NCBI GenBank assembly: GCA_951406725.2
Contig: OX597817.1
Span: 90,768,001-90,832,000 of the forward strand
Source: Octopus vulgaris
Taxonomy: Eukaryota
DNA: 64,000 bases
Reading direction: 5' to 3'
Each line of letters begins with the position of its first letter. Within the stretch, counting starts at the first letter, position 1. The notes beneath the pieces are model-generated. The model made no database searches. It saw only the letters and a list, made by a program, of their open reading frames with translations, and was not told where the DNA came from. Of this stretch, positions 38,829 to 52,969 are shown one piece after another. The position numbers were made by a program, and so were the translations under genes.

Positions 38829-40658
38829 CTAGCAGAAATACCCAGCGTTGCCCATGTTAAAGAAAATAATGAAATTTTAAAACACTGACTAGATTACGCA
38901 GGTCTCAACTGCTCGTAGCTTAGATGCTGACTTTCTACATAACTCTGCAACCCATGCCAACATGGAACATTGATGTTAAGTGAAATGTGAAAAGAAAGTT
39001 TTCATCTCATATATGTATGTTAAGTAAATACACGTTTGTCTAACTTATTTTGTAACAAGAAAACAGGTACATATTATAAACAATGAAAGGCCGTGCATAG
39101 AGTACACACACACAAACAGACGGTGAATATATCATGTTATTATTTCACTTTTATACACACAGATATACATTCACGCATGTCAGTTGAAAAGTGAAAGTAT
39201 AATAGTAATACTTAACACTCAATGGTTTTACACTTCTGTATATGACATGGACCTACTATTCATGTAAGTGCTTCTTCATATACTGTGTTTTCTGTCTGGC
39301 CATGTTTATCACTGAGAATGAAGAGGCTCCTTTCATCTCCAACTCTAGAACATCTAACATACAGCTGACCATGTGAGAAGCAAGGTTGAAGGAGGTTAAG
39401 TCCCACCACTTTTAGAGATTGACCTTGTGCTTTGTTGATAGACATTGCAAAGCTAAGTTTGACAGGAAACTGCAGTCCCTTGAACTGAAAGGGGAGATCA
39501 TTTGAGATGAGAGGGATCCTTGGAATGAAGACATTCTCATCCATCGTGTTGCTATGATGGAGAAGAGGTTTCTCAGCTGCAAAGAGACTTGCATATTTGT
39601 GCCTTTGTCAGAGTGGCATCCCAGTGTGCATCATCTTCCAGAAGACCTCTGAGATAGCAAGCCTGGTGATATGTTTGACATACTGTGTTATCAACCATAC
39701 ATAAGGCTGTAAATGATGTGGGTCCCTTGACATGGTGCAGTGGAAGCCTTAGATAGTAGCACTCTGAGTAGTTGGAATGGACAACATAGACTCTACCAAG
39801 TGTGTCTGATTTCTTGATTCCCAGATGATGTGTGGGTGCCCCAAGTGCACGTCTTTTCTATTTGTTTTGGTACTAAGTATAGAATTGTGGAACTTCATTG
39901 TATAGAAGTCTTGTAGCAAATTCATCTTGACAGAGCTTGAAGAATACTGTAAGTGTGGTATTTTTGGGAGCTTCCATTTGTAGTTGGACTGTGTCTGTCA
40001 GTGTGCTGTCTCTGAGACGGAGGACAATGTCAAGCTTGTCGTGTTCTTGCCCAACCAGAAGCACAGCTATTTCATTTGCTGTTGGCGCATTAAACCTCCC
40101 TCCATGTTGACCAGATGGTTTCACATCTGACCTGATCTGATAACTACTTTGTAATCCATGGAGTCAGGTGGAATTGTTTCAAGTGCAGTCCTGAATCTTC
40201 TGATCAGTTTGTTGTTGTTATGCAACATCTTTTGCAGAGACACTACAATGTTCATCCTGATGCCGGAATTGCTCTTGCACCTCTCATGCTCTTCTAGTTG
40301 AGAGTCACCCATAAAATATATTTGAAAGAATTTTGGTGATTCATTTGAGAGAGCTAGTAGAGAGCCAATCCAATGATAAATCTGACCTTGGATCTTGAAA
40401 GCTTGCATGAATCCTGGTTCAGTTATAAATCTCTGGTGGCTCCAAATGATGTCATTTATAGTGCAGCATTGTACTGTCTAATTTTTCTTTGGACGTGCTT
40501 GGAATCTTGGTCAGTTGATGACAACAGTCGATTTTGGGAAAATCTTTCTGAAGCATCCAACATTGTGATAAATTTAGAGGAGTTTGCAAAACCTCTGAGT
40601 AGTTTCTGCATTTTCTGCATAGGGCAAAGCATGATGTTTATTTCATCAACTATATAGA
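38829..40658 (-). mobile_element. Helitron with both ends and internally deleted RepHel remnants
   Basis: 5' A|TCTATATA at 40658 and 3' gggcaacgctgggtatttctgCTAG|T at 38829. Remnants RQYNAAL*MTSFG, FKIQGQIYH, GRFNAPTANEIAV and the PIF1-like C-terminus QFPVKLSFAMSINKAQGQSL...FSHGQLYV..SRV. Confidence 0.93.
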
Positions 40659-40672
40659 TATATATATATATA

Positions 40673-40875
40673 CAGGGTGCGACAGAAAGGCTGCCCCAAT
40701 TTCAATGGTTAATAAAAAAACAAACACATGAAGATGAATGAAAAACTTTATATTTCTATGAAGTTAATTAAATGCCATTTGGTTTTTATGATTCAGATAG
40801 TACTCACATTGGCCTGGAGTGGAGAGCATCGTTTTTTTAACTTTTGAAATTGGGGAAAACTTTCTGCTGTATCCT

Positions 40876-40876
<1 letters not shown>
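40673..40876. mobile_element. Tc1/mariner-type MITE
   Basis: TA-flanked TIRs cagggtgcgacagaaaggctgccccaatttcaa and (reverse complement) caggatacagcagaaagttttccccaatttcaa. Confidence 0.8.
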
Positions 40877-40922
<46 letters not shown>

Positions 40923-41276
40923 AATAGACTACATGGTTTCACTATAATTGCTTCATTAAGAGACTTTATTACACTGTAACATCAAACAAGCATGTACGTA
41001 TAACATGCAACACATATAACATGCAACACATATAAGATACTGCAAAACACAACAGAGAATCTCACAAATATTCAGGCAGCACTATATTGCATAAGAGCTA
41101 ATGTCACCATGCTGCTGGACAGCATATCTCAAAAGCATGTGCTGATCAAATGAAGAAAACCAATAGTCCAAAAAAGAGAGGAGGCTAGAATGCAACAGGT
41201 CAATCAGAAGCATAGATTGATTAATTAGGTTGACAGAGAAAGTAGACATTAGAAAAGGGAATGGCTAGACACACAT

Positions 41277-41488
41277 ACTCTTTTACTCTTTTACTTGTTT
41301 CAGTCAGTTGACTGTGGCCATGCTGGAGCACCGCCTTTAGTCGAGCAAATCGACCCCGGGACTTATTCTTTGTAAGCCCAGTACTTATTCTATCGGTCTC
41401 TTTTGCTGAACTGCTAAGTGACGGGGATGTAAACACACCAGAATTGGTTGTCAAGCAATGCTAGGGAGACAAACACAGACACACAAAC

Positions 41489-41519
<31 letters not shown>

Positions 41520-41662
41520 CATATATACGACAGGCTTCTTTCAGCTTCCGTCTACCAAATCCACTCACAAGGCATTGGTTGGCCCTGGGTTATAGCAGAA
41601 GACACTTGCCCAAGATGCCACGCAGTGTGACTGAACCCAGAACCATGTGGTTGGTTAGCAAG
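41277..41662 (-). mobile_element. SINE family A copy, little decayed
   Basis: Close to the best copies, retains CpGs, head truncated. Confidence 0.92.
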
Positions 41663-41709
41663 ATCAACATCTATATATTTTTATATATACTAACATATAT
41701 ATTTATATA

Positions 41710-42959
41710 TTGGGTTGGCAAGAAAGTAATTTCAGTTTCTTAGTGTGAAATAAAAGTCATATTTTGTCATACAAAGGATGAACTTTAATCAATTATATAT
41801 TTTCCATTTTGCTTGATGACCATTTACCCTCTTTCAGGCAACTTCATGATTTCATGTTCATAGAACTTCTGGTCCTTGTCAGCCAAAAACTGAAGCAAGT
41901 GTGATTACAGGTCATCATCATTATTAAAAGTTTTATCATTCAAAGAATTTTGCAAACTTCAAAATAAATGGTAATTTGATGGTGCAGGATCAGGGCTATG
42001 TGTTGGATGTGACATCACTTTCCAATCAAGCTCCAGTAATTTTTCATGAGTTAGCAAAGACGTGTTTGGTCTAGTGTTGTCATGGTGGAACACAATTCCT
42101 TTATGATTTTCCAATTCAGGCTGTTTTTTTCTTTTATTGCTTCCACCAGTTTCATTAGTTGTTGACACTAAACATCTGAATTGATTGTTTAGTTCCAAGG
42201 AAGCAGCTCAAAATACACACATTTGTGAACCCAACAAATTTACAGCATGACTTTTTTTGATGTAATTCAGCTCTTGATGTGGTTTGTGCTGGTTCATTAC
42301 ACTTGGACTATGATCATTTCCGATTGATGTTATTGTAGACAAAAAAGGTCAATTTCATGGCATTTGAGAGGCATATCGCAAATATTGATTCATTGTGTTA
42401 AGTGAATCTCTTTCAATTTATGTGGAACCCAAATATTAAGCTTCTTAACGAGACCAAGACATTTTAATTGATTTTCAGTTGTTGTGTGAGATACATTTAA
42501 CTTGTCTGCAACCCCTTGCACAGCTATATGACAATCTGCTTCAATTATGGCCTTGATTCAGTCATCATCAACCTCAGTAGGTCGATCAGAACGTTGGTCA
42601 CCTTTGAGTGAAAAATATCCAGAATGGAATTATTTTTTAACCATTTCTAACATGTGCATTCTGTTAAGCAATCAACACCATACACTTCACATCTCTCTTT
42701 GTGAGCCTCAGCAGCTTTCTTGCCTTTATGGAAATAAAAAAGCAAAACATGACGAAAATTTCCCTTTTGCATTCCATGTTAAAATTGACACTGAACTAAC
42801 AGTGTAAACAAAATTACAAGCAATTTGCTTCTAAAGTAAACTAAAAGCAACAGCAATCAAATGTCAAAGGAAGACATCATAACATTGACAAAAGTAATTC
42901 AAAATGACTCTAACTCTATCTATTTGCAAAAAAACGAAATTACCTTCTTGTCCACTAAA
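41710..42959 (-). mobile_element. Full-length mariner (second family), transposase pseudogene
   Basis: TIRs ttgggttggcaagaaagtaatttc and (reverse complement) tttagtggacaagaaggtaatttc, TA TSD, 1250 bp. Remnant GIVFHHDNTRP...LLELDWKVMSHPTHSPDPAPSNYHLF. Confidence 0.92.
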
Positions 42960-42964
42960 TATAT

Positions 42965-43330
42965 TCTTTTATTCTTTTACTTGTTTCAGTCATTTGACTT
43001 TGGCCATGCTGGAGCACCATCTTTAGTCGAACAAATCAACCCTAGGTCTTGTTCTTTATAACCCTAATGCTTATTCTATTGGACTCTTTTGCTGAACCAC
43101 TAAATTATGGGGATGTAAACACTCCAGCATCAGTTGTCAAGCAATGGAGCAGGGACAAACACAGACACACAAATTCATGGGCTTCTTTCAGTTTCTGTCT
43201 ACCACTCACAAGTCTTTGGTCAGCTGAGACTATAGTAGAAGACATTTGCCCAAAGTGCCATGCAGTGGGACTGAACCCAGAACTGTGGTTGGAAAGCAAG
43301 CTTCTTACCACACAGCCACTCCTTTGCCTA
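42965..43330 (-). mobile_element. SINE family A copy
   Basis: Family consensus on the minus strand. Confidence 0.88.
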
Positions 43331-43337
43331 TATTAAC

Positions 43338-43410
<73 letters not shown>

Positions 43411-43454
43411 CATGCATATATAACACTGATGTATGATTATAATTGTAAGTATAT

Positions 43455-43740
43455 AAGCAGAAGGATTCATTGGGAGAGATGAATTTGGTTTCAGGAAAGG
43501 AATAGGAGCAAGAAAGATAATCACTGTTGTGAGAACTTTAGGAAAGTGGAGCACTGAGCATGATCAGGAAGTCTTTATCTGCTTTGTCAACTATAAGAAA
43601 GCTTTCAGTCAGATTGATTGGAAGAAACTCATGAGTTTACTCAAAAATCTGGGACTAAATTGGAAAGATAGGTGCCTGATCACAGTTCTATACACAGGCC
43701 AGACAACAGCTACAAGGACAGCTCACAGAATGACTGGACT
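43455..43740 (+). mobile_element. RTE-type reverse transcriptase fragment fused to a SINE A 3' half (43742-44025)
   Basis: EFGFRKGIGARKIITVVRTL...VFICFVNYKKAFSQIDWKKL...LYTGQ, matching the RT QFGFR and F.DY.KAFD motifs. Confidence 0.85.
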
Positions 43741-45239
43741 CAGGCAGATGGAAACTGAAAGAAGCCCACCGTATGTGTGTGTGTGTGTGTGCATGTGTGC
43801 GTGTATGTATGTATCTCTGTGTGTCTTTGTGTTTGTCCCCCATTGCTACTTGACGACCAGTGTTGGTTTGTTTATATCACCATAACTTTGCATTCAGTAA
43901 AAAAAGACCAATGGACAAAGTACCAGGCTTAAAAAATAAATACTGGGGACAATTTGTTCAACTAAACCATCCAAGGAAGTGCCCCAGCATGACTGTAGTC
44001 CAATGATTGAAACAATTAAAAGAAGATACATGCATTTTTTTATGTGTGTGTATACACATACACGCACACACACACACACACACAGATAGATATACAGACA
44101 AGCAGACAGATAGTTAAGAGATACACAAGTTAAACAAGGAAGATAGTGGAGTACGAATGTGATAAAGAAATAAGCTATCAAGTTAGACAAGGATATGACA
44201 GACAAGTAGGGATTGTAAAGAAAACAACAATCAAAGAATGTATACAATGAAAATATTTCTACCAAATGAAAGGAATAAAAGAGGACCTAACATTTTGCAG
44301 GCTTGATGTAAATATGCATACATGTGTGCATATGTGTGTGTGTGTATAGGTAAATGAATTATTTCTTAGCTTCATGAAAGTAGATATGTAAAAACACTTT
44401 CAAGAATGAACAATAAAATAAGAATGAAATAGAAGTTGGTAGATGATAGCAGATGGAAGATTATTCTGGAAATAAATGTGTTTCAAGGAAGTAAAAGAAA
44501 AAAAATAATGTCGCACAAAGAAAAAATAGCAACTGAATATAAGAAATAAATATAAACAAACATGTAATTACATAAATAAATATACCAATATGCTTTGTTT
44601 TTCTGTTTCTTTTTACACAAAACATTGAAAGGGAAAAAAATTGTAAACTCTAAGTAGCTTAGTCAGTCTTTCTGTCACACACTCTTTCTTGCTCTCTCTT
44701 TCTTTCTTTCTCTCTCACTCACTCACTCTTCCCTCTGTATATACTAGAGATCTATGTCACTGCCTCATCATTGACTTCTTATGTTAGCTGTATTCAAACA
44801 CTGATAATATAATCTTTCTATCCTACACTTCTCTCTCTCTCTCTTCTGTAAAGACAATCTATGTATGATGACTGTTAAGCCAATTTGCTGTATTGCACAG
44901 AATGATGATAGGAAGACTCATGTTAAAGACAGCATTAAACAAGTCATTAACAGTAAATTTCAAGAATTTAATTTCAGTTCCTAGAATTTCCAAAAAAATA
45001 CCATGAAATCTATACTTAGATTTGACAAGCAGTAGATACATGTTTCCAGGTTAGTTAGTAGAAGCTGTTTCATTTTGGTTTTAGGTAATTTATTTTAGGT
45101 ATTTTATATTAGATATTTTAAGTAATTTCTATTAAAATCATACAAGTGAATTTTCTATGATTGGAAAAAACACCAGAGCATTGGAAAATTGCTTTGCAGT
45201 ATTTCTTCTGTTTTTTTTCTGTCTGGGTTCAAATCTGCT

Positions 45240-45955
45240 AGAATAAGAATGGGCTGGGTGAAGTTTAGAGAGCTGCTACCTTTGTTGGTAATAAAGGGCC
45301 ACTTCCTCAGAGTCAAAGGCAGATTGTATGATACCTGTGTGTAAACAGCCATGTGAAACATGGAACGTGACTGCAGATGACATGCAAAAGCTTGAAAGAA
45401 ATGAAGCTAGTATGCTCCACTGGATGTGCAATGTGCAGTGTGCATGCATGACAAAGCGTGAAGTGCCTTAAGAGAAAAATTGGGTATAAGAGACATCAGA
45501 TGTAGTGTGCAAGAGAGAAGACTGCATTAGTATGGTCATGTGATGCATATGGACAAAGACAGCTGTAAAAAGAAGTGCCAATTTGTAATTGTTGGGGGAA
45601 CCTGCAGAAGAGGTAGATCCAGGAAGATATGGGAGGAGATGGCAAAAAATGATCTTCAGATGTTGAATCTCATGGAGGGGATGACAAGAAACTAAGATTT
45701 GCTGTGCTTGAGAAGACATGCTAATCTAAGTGAAATTGTAGTTGTGGCTAGTACTGGTGACATGTAAAAGGCACCCATGCCAGTGACATGTGAAGTGGCA
45801 CCTGGTACACCCTTTGGAGTGGTTGGCATTAGGAAGGGCATCTAGCCATATAAGCCCAACCAAAACAGACTGGTGCAGCTCCCTAGCTTACTAGTATCAG
45901 TCAAACTGCCTAACTTATGTCAGTATGGAAAACAGATGATGATGATGATGATGAA
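45240..45955 (+). mobile_element. RTE-clade LINE 3' fragment with 3'UTR and (GAT)n tail
   Basis: RIRMGWVKFRELLPLL..KGRLYDTCV, ETWNVTADDMQKLERNEASMLHWMCN. Ends in gatgatgatg. Confidence 0.88.
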
Positions 45956-46450
45956 AGTTCTAATTAAGTACTGGGTTAATGGTATTGACTAACCCACACC
46001 TCTCAAAATTGCAGGTTTTGTGCCTAAACCATAAGCAATTATTTCTCATAGCAACCATTGAACTAAGGTAGTATACCTTGCTATGCTGCACATTGGTACA
46101 ACATCCTGTCCTGATTGTATTAAATGAACAATGAAATATGCTAATAATTATAGTATTGTAGGAAGCATGGCCATACCACAAGTTCATTTCGCAACCACAT
46201 GGTTTCAGATTCAGCCTTATTACACAACATATTGGGAAAGGGTTTTCTATCATAGCACCAAGCTGACCAGGGACTTCTGAGTAAATTTGGTAAACAGAAA
46301 TTGTTCCAGTGACTTAGAAGTCTGACAAAATGTGTCTGATAGAATATGTACCAGATTCAAAGAAAAAAAAATACAAAATCTAATTTGAGGAGAAGCAGCA
46401 CACACTCTTCAATGAAGCTAGTAATGTGGTATACCATCGTACTAAATATA

Positions 46451-47109
46451 TTGAGCTTTGCAAAAATCCTGTTACACTTGGTTTTGGGTCTTTTGAGAGG
46501 TTTACATGTGTCACAGAAAAGATGGCATCAAACATACCTAAAGTTCTATTTTTCCTGCAAGTGTCACTAATGCATCTTTTCTATTGTGTGCAGGTGTATT
46601 GAGATGGAAGCAAAAAGAACTGAGATCTCTGCTCTTCTGCACGTGGGCCACAACAAGTATGACATCGCCAAGCAGCTCAACATCAGCCAGATGACTATCC
46701 ACAGAATCACGGAGAGGTTCAAGAACAGGAAAGACTTCAAAGAGGTCAAACATGAACTTCTGGCTGAAGGACTTTTGGCCACCACAGTCACAACCCTTTT
46801 GACCACAGCATATGGGTGCACGTCACAGCAATGTCAATGAGCTGAAGTCCTCTGTCAACTGCATCTGGGCTAGCATGAAGAAGGACTTTGTCTGCAACGT
46901 GTGCATGACCTTCAGGTCTTGCCTGGAGTGAGTGCTCACCACCGAGGGTAGCCACTTTGATTAATATTAATACTTAAACATATTTATATGCTAAAACAAT
47001 AAAATTATAAGTTAAAACAATAAAAACATGTCTAACCACATCAAAACTATCGTTTTTCCCTTTGCTGAAAGTGTCGTAATGAGTGTAACAAGATTTTTGC
47101 AAAGTCTGG
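46451..47109 (+). mobile_element. Internally deleted Tc1/maT-like transposon
   Basis: TIR core ctttgcaaaaatc(c/t)tgttacact at both ends, TA flanks. HTH MEAKRTEISALLHVGHNKYDIAKQLNISQMTIHR. C-terminal FWPPQS...VCMTFRSCLE*VLTTEGSHF. Confidence 0.88.
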
Positions 47110-48440
47110 TATGTGGTTCAAACCTTGCTAGTGAGATTGTATGAGATTAGTGTCTATAATATCTTATAACATCAATTTACAGTTTCTTATATATATGTTT
47201 TCCATTACAGTCCCATTGTTTATCACATTCCTTGTGTTAGTTCTGCATTTATAGACAAGTATATTGATGTAACTGACATATTACTTCAATCCATTTGACA
47301 CTGAAGACACATCTCACCAATGTCAAAGCCTACATTTTCTTTCCCCAGTGAGAGAGAGCAGCAACTGAATCCAGAAAACAAAAGACCAGAGATCAGAGTG
47401 CATCCCAACCAATGAACTAACAATACAACATGTCCAGTTATGAGCCTAGTTATGGTTAATCTAGTTATGATTATCTTTCATGCTGCTTCATATTATCTAA
47501 AATTTTACTGTTTAACATATATAGATAGTAGCTATGGCCATTCCATATGTGTTCGAGGCCATACCATCTCACCCTTAACTTCATCCTGTCTATTTTATAC
47601 ACCATTCCAGCAGAAGATATAACCATTTTGTCTGTATTAGATATGTTTTTTACTTTTTTTATAAGTTTGGTCTGTTGGATGAGCCTATAACCTTATTTGC
47701 AAGACCTCTGAAATCAGCAAGACTGATGCTGTTACTATTCCTTTGAACAGTTTTAAATTTGATGGCTGTAATTAAAACATGCCTCAGGAAGGAATTCCTG
47801 AGGACCAATATTCTATGGATGTGTGTGTGTGTATTAGCATAGGGCAGATGTGTGTGTGTATTAGTATGGGGCAGAGGAATATGGGTAACAAGAGAAGGTG
47901 AGATCAGTGAATTGGTAACACTAAAGAGATCTCTCTTTAAAAAAAGTTGGTTGATAACACCAGCCAACCTCAAGGAGCAGAGTAGATAAGGGAGCAGTAC
48001 TGTATTGTGAATATCAATTGAGATTTGTAAAAAGTTATTAGTTATTAGGGCCTGAAGTACTTCTAGTTCTAAAGAAGAAGACTAGTGTTTAGGACATAAA
48101 TTTTGCTGTGTTAATGATGCACATTACATTATACCTAATAGAGGAAGGCATGGCCGAGTGGTTAAGGAGTTCACTTCACAACCATCAGGTCTTAAGTTCA
48201 ATCCCATTTTATAACATCTTAAGAAAGTGACTTTACAATAAACTCAGGTTGAATCAAACCTTGGGTGGAGATATAGGCACACAGAAAGAGGGCAGATGCT
48301 CATTGAATGGACTGCTTCTTCATTCAAAGGTCCAGTTTTGTCACACATTTACTTGAGAACTACGTTACGGATACACATACCTCAACCATTTCATAAGCTA
48401 AACCATTGAGTAAATCATCCTGTTTATCAAACAACTAGAT

Positions 48441-48743
48441 CAAGGGTTCTCAACCATTTTCTGTCTATAGATCCCTTTGATTACTATTTTATTCTGGTGG
48501 ACCCCCATAGCCGTTTGATATTTAAAAACTAGTTTTATAGAAACTTTTACAAAATTCCTATTTTACTTAACTTGTGTAGGTTAAGCTATGTAAAATGTTT
48601 GAGAAAGAAACAGCTGTTTCTTCCAATAAACACCAATACATACAACTAAAGCAAAAGTTTTTCAGGGGCCCTTAAAATACTATTGTGGATTCCCATTTTA
48701 CTATTTTGGTGTGTGGACCTCAGGGGCCATATGAGAACCACTG
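48441..48743. mobile_element. hAT (Charlie-like) MITE with 8-bp TSD
   Basis: TIRs caagggttctca / tgagaaccactg. TSD AACTAGAT at 48433-48440 and 48744-48751. Confidence 0.88.
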
Positions 48744-50558
48744 AACTAGATGATCATACATCAACTTGACCAAATTGGAAATCCTGCTAACGCCATGGCT
48801 ATAGCCTCTTTCTCCAGGATAGTAAAAAACAGAAAAAAGTGAACCAAAAACAAATGTGTAACCATTATTATGCCTATTACTAAGGTGGTGAGCTGGCAGA
48901 ATCATTAGCATGCTGGACAAAGTGCTTAGTGGTATTTCACCTGCCATTACATTCTGAATCCAAACTTTGCCAAGGTTGACTTTGCCTTTCATTCTTTTGG
49001 GGTCAATAGATTAAGTACCAGTGAAACACTGGGGTCGATGTAATTGACTAGTCCTCATCCAACATATTTAAGGCCTTGTGTCTCCAGTAGAAAGGATTAT
49101 TATGCTGAATACCAACTACTGTAGAATCTTAACATTTAATTCATGATAAATCAGTGTTTATGAGAAGAATTGTAACTGAATTTCTTTTTGAAAACAATTC
49201 CACCTGTAAATACATCACAAATTTCACTCAGATGTTTGATGTACATAATTTAATAGACAAGACCGGAATGAAAATCATTGTAGACAGATGAAAACAAAAT
49301 AAATAACTAAAAAAGAATTAACATTATTTGCCACATTACCAGATAATAATCACTTCTCCTTTCTGTGGAACAGACAGATAAAAGTATATCATACATAGAC
49401 TCAGAGAAGCTTCTGGAAGAAATATGTCTCAAAAAATGATTTATAATTGTTGTAGCCCGCAGCTATTTTCATATGAAACTATTTCAGAGTAAACAACACA
49501 GTGATTTTTTAAAACTGTTATGTGGTCAGAAATGAACGGTCATGCATCTGGAACTGAAATTACACTGGACAGCAAACCAAATGATTGATGTTATATATTC
49601 ATTAATGGTGATTAAAACTATAGAAATCATTGCTGTCACACATCCTTGTGACAACGCTTCATCGTCATATCCTCTCATCATTATCATTATCACTACCATC
49701 ATCAACAACATCTATGCTATATTTTCTCCATACTACTGCAGATAGGTTTGTTTTGCAAAGTCACGTTTTTCTCTTGTGTCCTCTCATATTAAAACACTGT
49801 ATTAAAAGCTTTGGTTTATTTTTCTGTTTGAAACAATTATCAAGCAAGTAACAAAGGCCCTTCAGGCAAAGAGTTAGAGTAAAAGGGGAAATGGCAGTAA
49901 CACCATTGAAACTATCATACACATGCATACGAGGTAGAAAATAAAATGACAAATAACTTCTAGAAAATTTTTATGAAATACTATCATCATCATCAACAAC
50001 AACAACAACATTTAATGTTTCTTTTCCATGATGGCATGGGCTTGATGGCTTGACAGGAACTGGTAAGGCCAGGGGCCACACAAGGTTCCATAGTCTGTTT
50101 TGGTTTGGTTTATACAGCTGGATGTTTTTTTATGTAGCACCAGCACCAGTGTACTGATGGCAATAAAATATGGTAAAAGAGATAACAATAAAAGAGCTAA
50201 TAAAATAACTTAAGATGATAATACAATAACCAACAAAAATGTTTAAATGAAGGAAACCACCCATAATGGGTGAGCTATTTAACCGAGAGTTTAGATAGTA
50301 TTCTATCTTCTTCCTGTCTTCAAACTATATCATCTCACTTGTTAAACTCTTGTGTAACCAGTTTTGCCTTACCACCCTTCCCTTGAGACTATTGCCTTAC
50401 CATCACTACCAGCATCCCTAGTTCCCCCATCACACAGCTTGTTATCATCAATTAACATTACATGCCATTCTCCTTCTTCACTGCATTTTGTAATATTGCT
50501 GTTTTCCTACACTCTTTTACTATGATTAAACACATATATTGGTTGTAATTAGTATTAC

Positions 50559-50616
<58 letters not shown>

Positions 50617-50639
50617 TTAATTCTTTTTATTATTATCAT

Positions 50640-51360
50640 TATTTGGCAGAGTCATTGGCATGTTGAACAAAATACTAGCAAAAGTTTCAGGGCTTGGGCC
50701 CATACTAGGCCAGCTGGCAGAATTGTTAGCATACTGAACAAAATGCTTAGTTACTTTATATTCAAATTCTGCTGAAGTCAGGTTTGCTTTTCGTCTCTTT
50801 CAGGTCTATAAAATAGGTATCAATCAAGTACTTGGGTTAATGTAATTGACTAGCTCCTTCCCCCCAAATTACAGGCTTTGTGTCTATATTAGAAGCGATT
50901 ATTATTATTGTTGTTTTGGTTATTAATATTATTATTGCACACTGGTAGAATCATTAGCATGCCAGATGAAATGCTTAGTGGCATTTCTTCCAGCTTTATG
51001 CTCTGAGTTCAAATTCCACCAGGGTCAGCTTTATCTTTCATCCTTTCAGGATTGATGAAATAAGTACCAGTTATGCACTGGGTTGATATAATTGACTAGT
51101 TCATTCACACCAAATTTCAGGCCTATTGCCTATAGTAGAAATATTATTATTGAGGTGGCAAGCTGGTAGAATTATTAGCACGCCAGGCAAGATGCTTAAC
51201 GGTATTTCACCTGTCACTACATTCTTAGGTGAAATTCTGCTGAGGTCAACTTTGCCTCTCATCCTTTCCAGACAGATAAATTAAGTACCAGTGAAGCACT
51301 GAGGTTGATGTAATCAACTAGTTCCCTCCTACCCAATATGAGGCCCTGTGCCTCTATATC
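50640..51360 (+). mobile_element. Cluster of 3-4 co-oriented SINE B copies separated by (ATT)n
   Basis: Heads ctgg(c/t)agaat(t/c)(g/a)ttagca near 50714, 50942 and 51163, each copy followed by attattatt. Confidence 0.85.
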
Positions 51361-51380
51361 ATTATTAATATTATTATTAT

Positions 51381-51940
51381 TGAGTGAGAGAGCAGCGCAT
51401 GTTATGAAAGTGACACTGGGGTAAAATATGTGAAGCCCAGTATTCCCATCTTGACTACCCGTCTGATAAGGGTACACTAGGCACATGCATCACAACCATA
51501 TGTGCATGACATGGTGATTTTATATCAAGATAAACAGTGCCTGACCTTGCAGGTGGGGGTCCAGTTAGAATTTTCTTCAGACTGAGTAGAAGATCCTGCT
51601 CAAAAGATTCTTGAATATGGTTTACTTAAGGATGATGAACAAAACACCCATATTTCCAGGGGTGAATTATTTCAAACAACAAAGAATTCTTTTCAACACA
51701 TAGCTATGATGCTCTTCCACTACTTCTGCACTTGATCAGAGATGCACATATCGTCAGCTACAAAGGGACATGCTCAACTGGTTAAGGTCAAGTAACTAGC
51801 AAGCAAATCTGTGGTATTGAGCAGAATATTTGTTGTAGTCTACCTTTTAAACTAAGACAAAACAATGTACATGATAACACTTCCAATCAGTTAAAATCAA
51901 AAGCCATTAGAGCCACTGTCTAATACTGCATCAGGGCATT
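51381..51940. mobile_element. Unclassified ~560-bp complex insert within (ATT)n
   Basis: Non-coding, higher-complexity block with (ATT)n on both sides. Confidence 0.5.
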
Positions 51941-51943
51941 TTA

Positions 51944-52001
<58 letters not shown>

Positions 52002-52599
52002 TATTATTGGTGGTGGTGGTGGTGTTGATGTTGTTGCAGCAGCTGCAGTTGTTTTCATTGCTGTTCATTTACCTTAATGTGATAAAATGACAGACCTAGA
52101 GTTGAGACTTATTAATTCTATTTATTTCTATGTTAGAAATCATTACTATATCATCACTATGAAACTTCAGACAAAATGTTGTGGTATTTCATTTACTCCA
52201 CCTACATTCTGAGTTCAAAATAAGCAAGAGACAGTTTCACCTTTGCTTTCATCTCAAAGTTGAGTTTACTTTTTCATTTCATCCCCCCAGAGTTAGGAAA
52301 ATTAATATCAGTTAAAGACTAGGTTAACTGTGCCTGACTCTGGCCATCTTCTAGCATCTGTAGTCTTCTGTCTATATCGGCATTTACTTTTACTCCTTTC
52401 TTTAATATAGTTGATACACAGAATTGGTAGTGGGCTAAATATCTTATAGTATTTAGTAGTTCAGATCCAGCTGGATGATATCTTTGGCTTTCATCCTTTC
52501 AGGGTCAATTAAATAAGTATCAGCTATGCATTGGAGTTCATTGTAACTGACTCTACTCATTTCCCCAAATGTGTCACCTTGAGAGTGTAAAAATATTTA

Positions 52600-52969
52600 T
52601 TATCTCCAACTTAGCGAAGGCAGAGGTATTGTTTTCAGTTGTGTTTGTTTGCTTGTTTGTCTGTGGACAAGATATTTCAAGAACTGCTAGATGGATTCAG
52701 ATGAAACTTTCAGGGATGTTTAGCCTCATAGCTGGCAGGAACTGATTAGATTTTGGGATTGATCTGGTCCTGGACAAGGATTCTGGAGTATTTTTCCTGT
52801 TTTTTTACTTAATTTTTGAGGGCAGGCGGGTTCATTTTTAGCATTCACGTTTGTGAGAGCAGTCAAGTTTATTTCAGATATACTCATTTTAAAAATCATC
52901 TCTGGCTAATCATTAAGAGGAGGTTGGTGTTGCCTTGGTAGAGGGTTGTGCTCTCTGAGTGCTCTTGTT
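52600..52969 (+). mobile_element. HINE / DINE-1-like Helentron-associated element
   Basis: Degenerate subterminal IR (atctcc..cgaagg / ccttggtagagg), gtttg microsatellite, gatggattcagatgaaacttt core, 3' hairpin gtgctctctgagtgc. Confidence 0.7.

Noticed and set aside
47290-47335. CTGAAGA-cacat..atgtc-AAAG as a hammerhead
   Set aside because: The GAAA core and stem III are missing.
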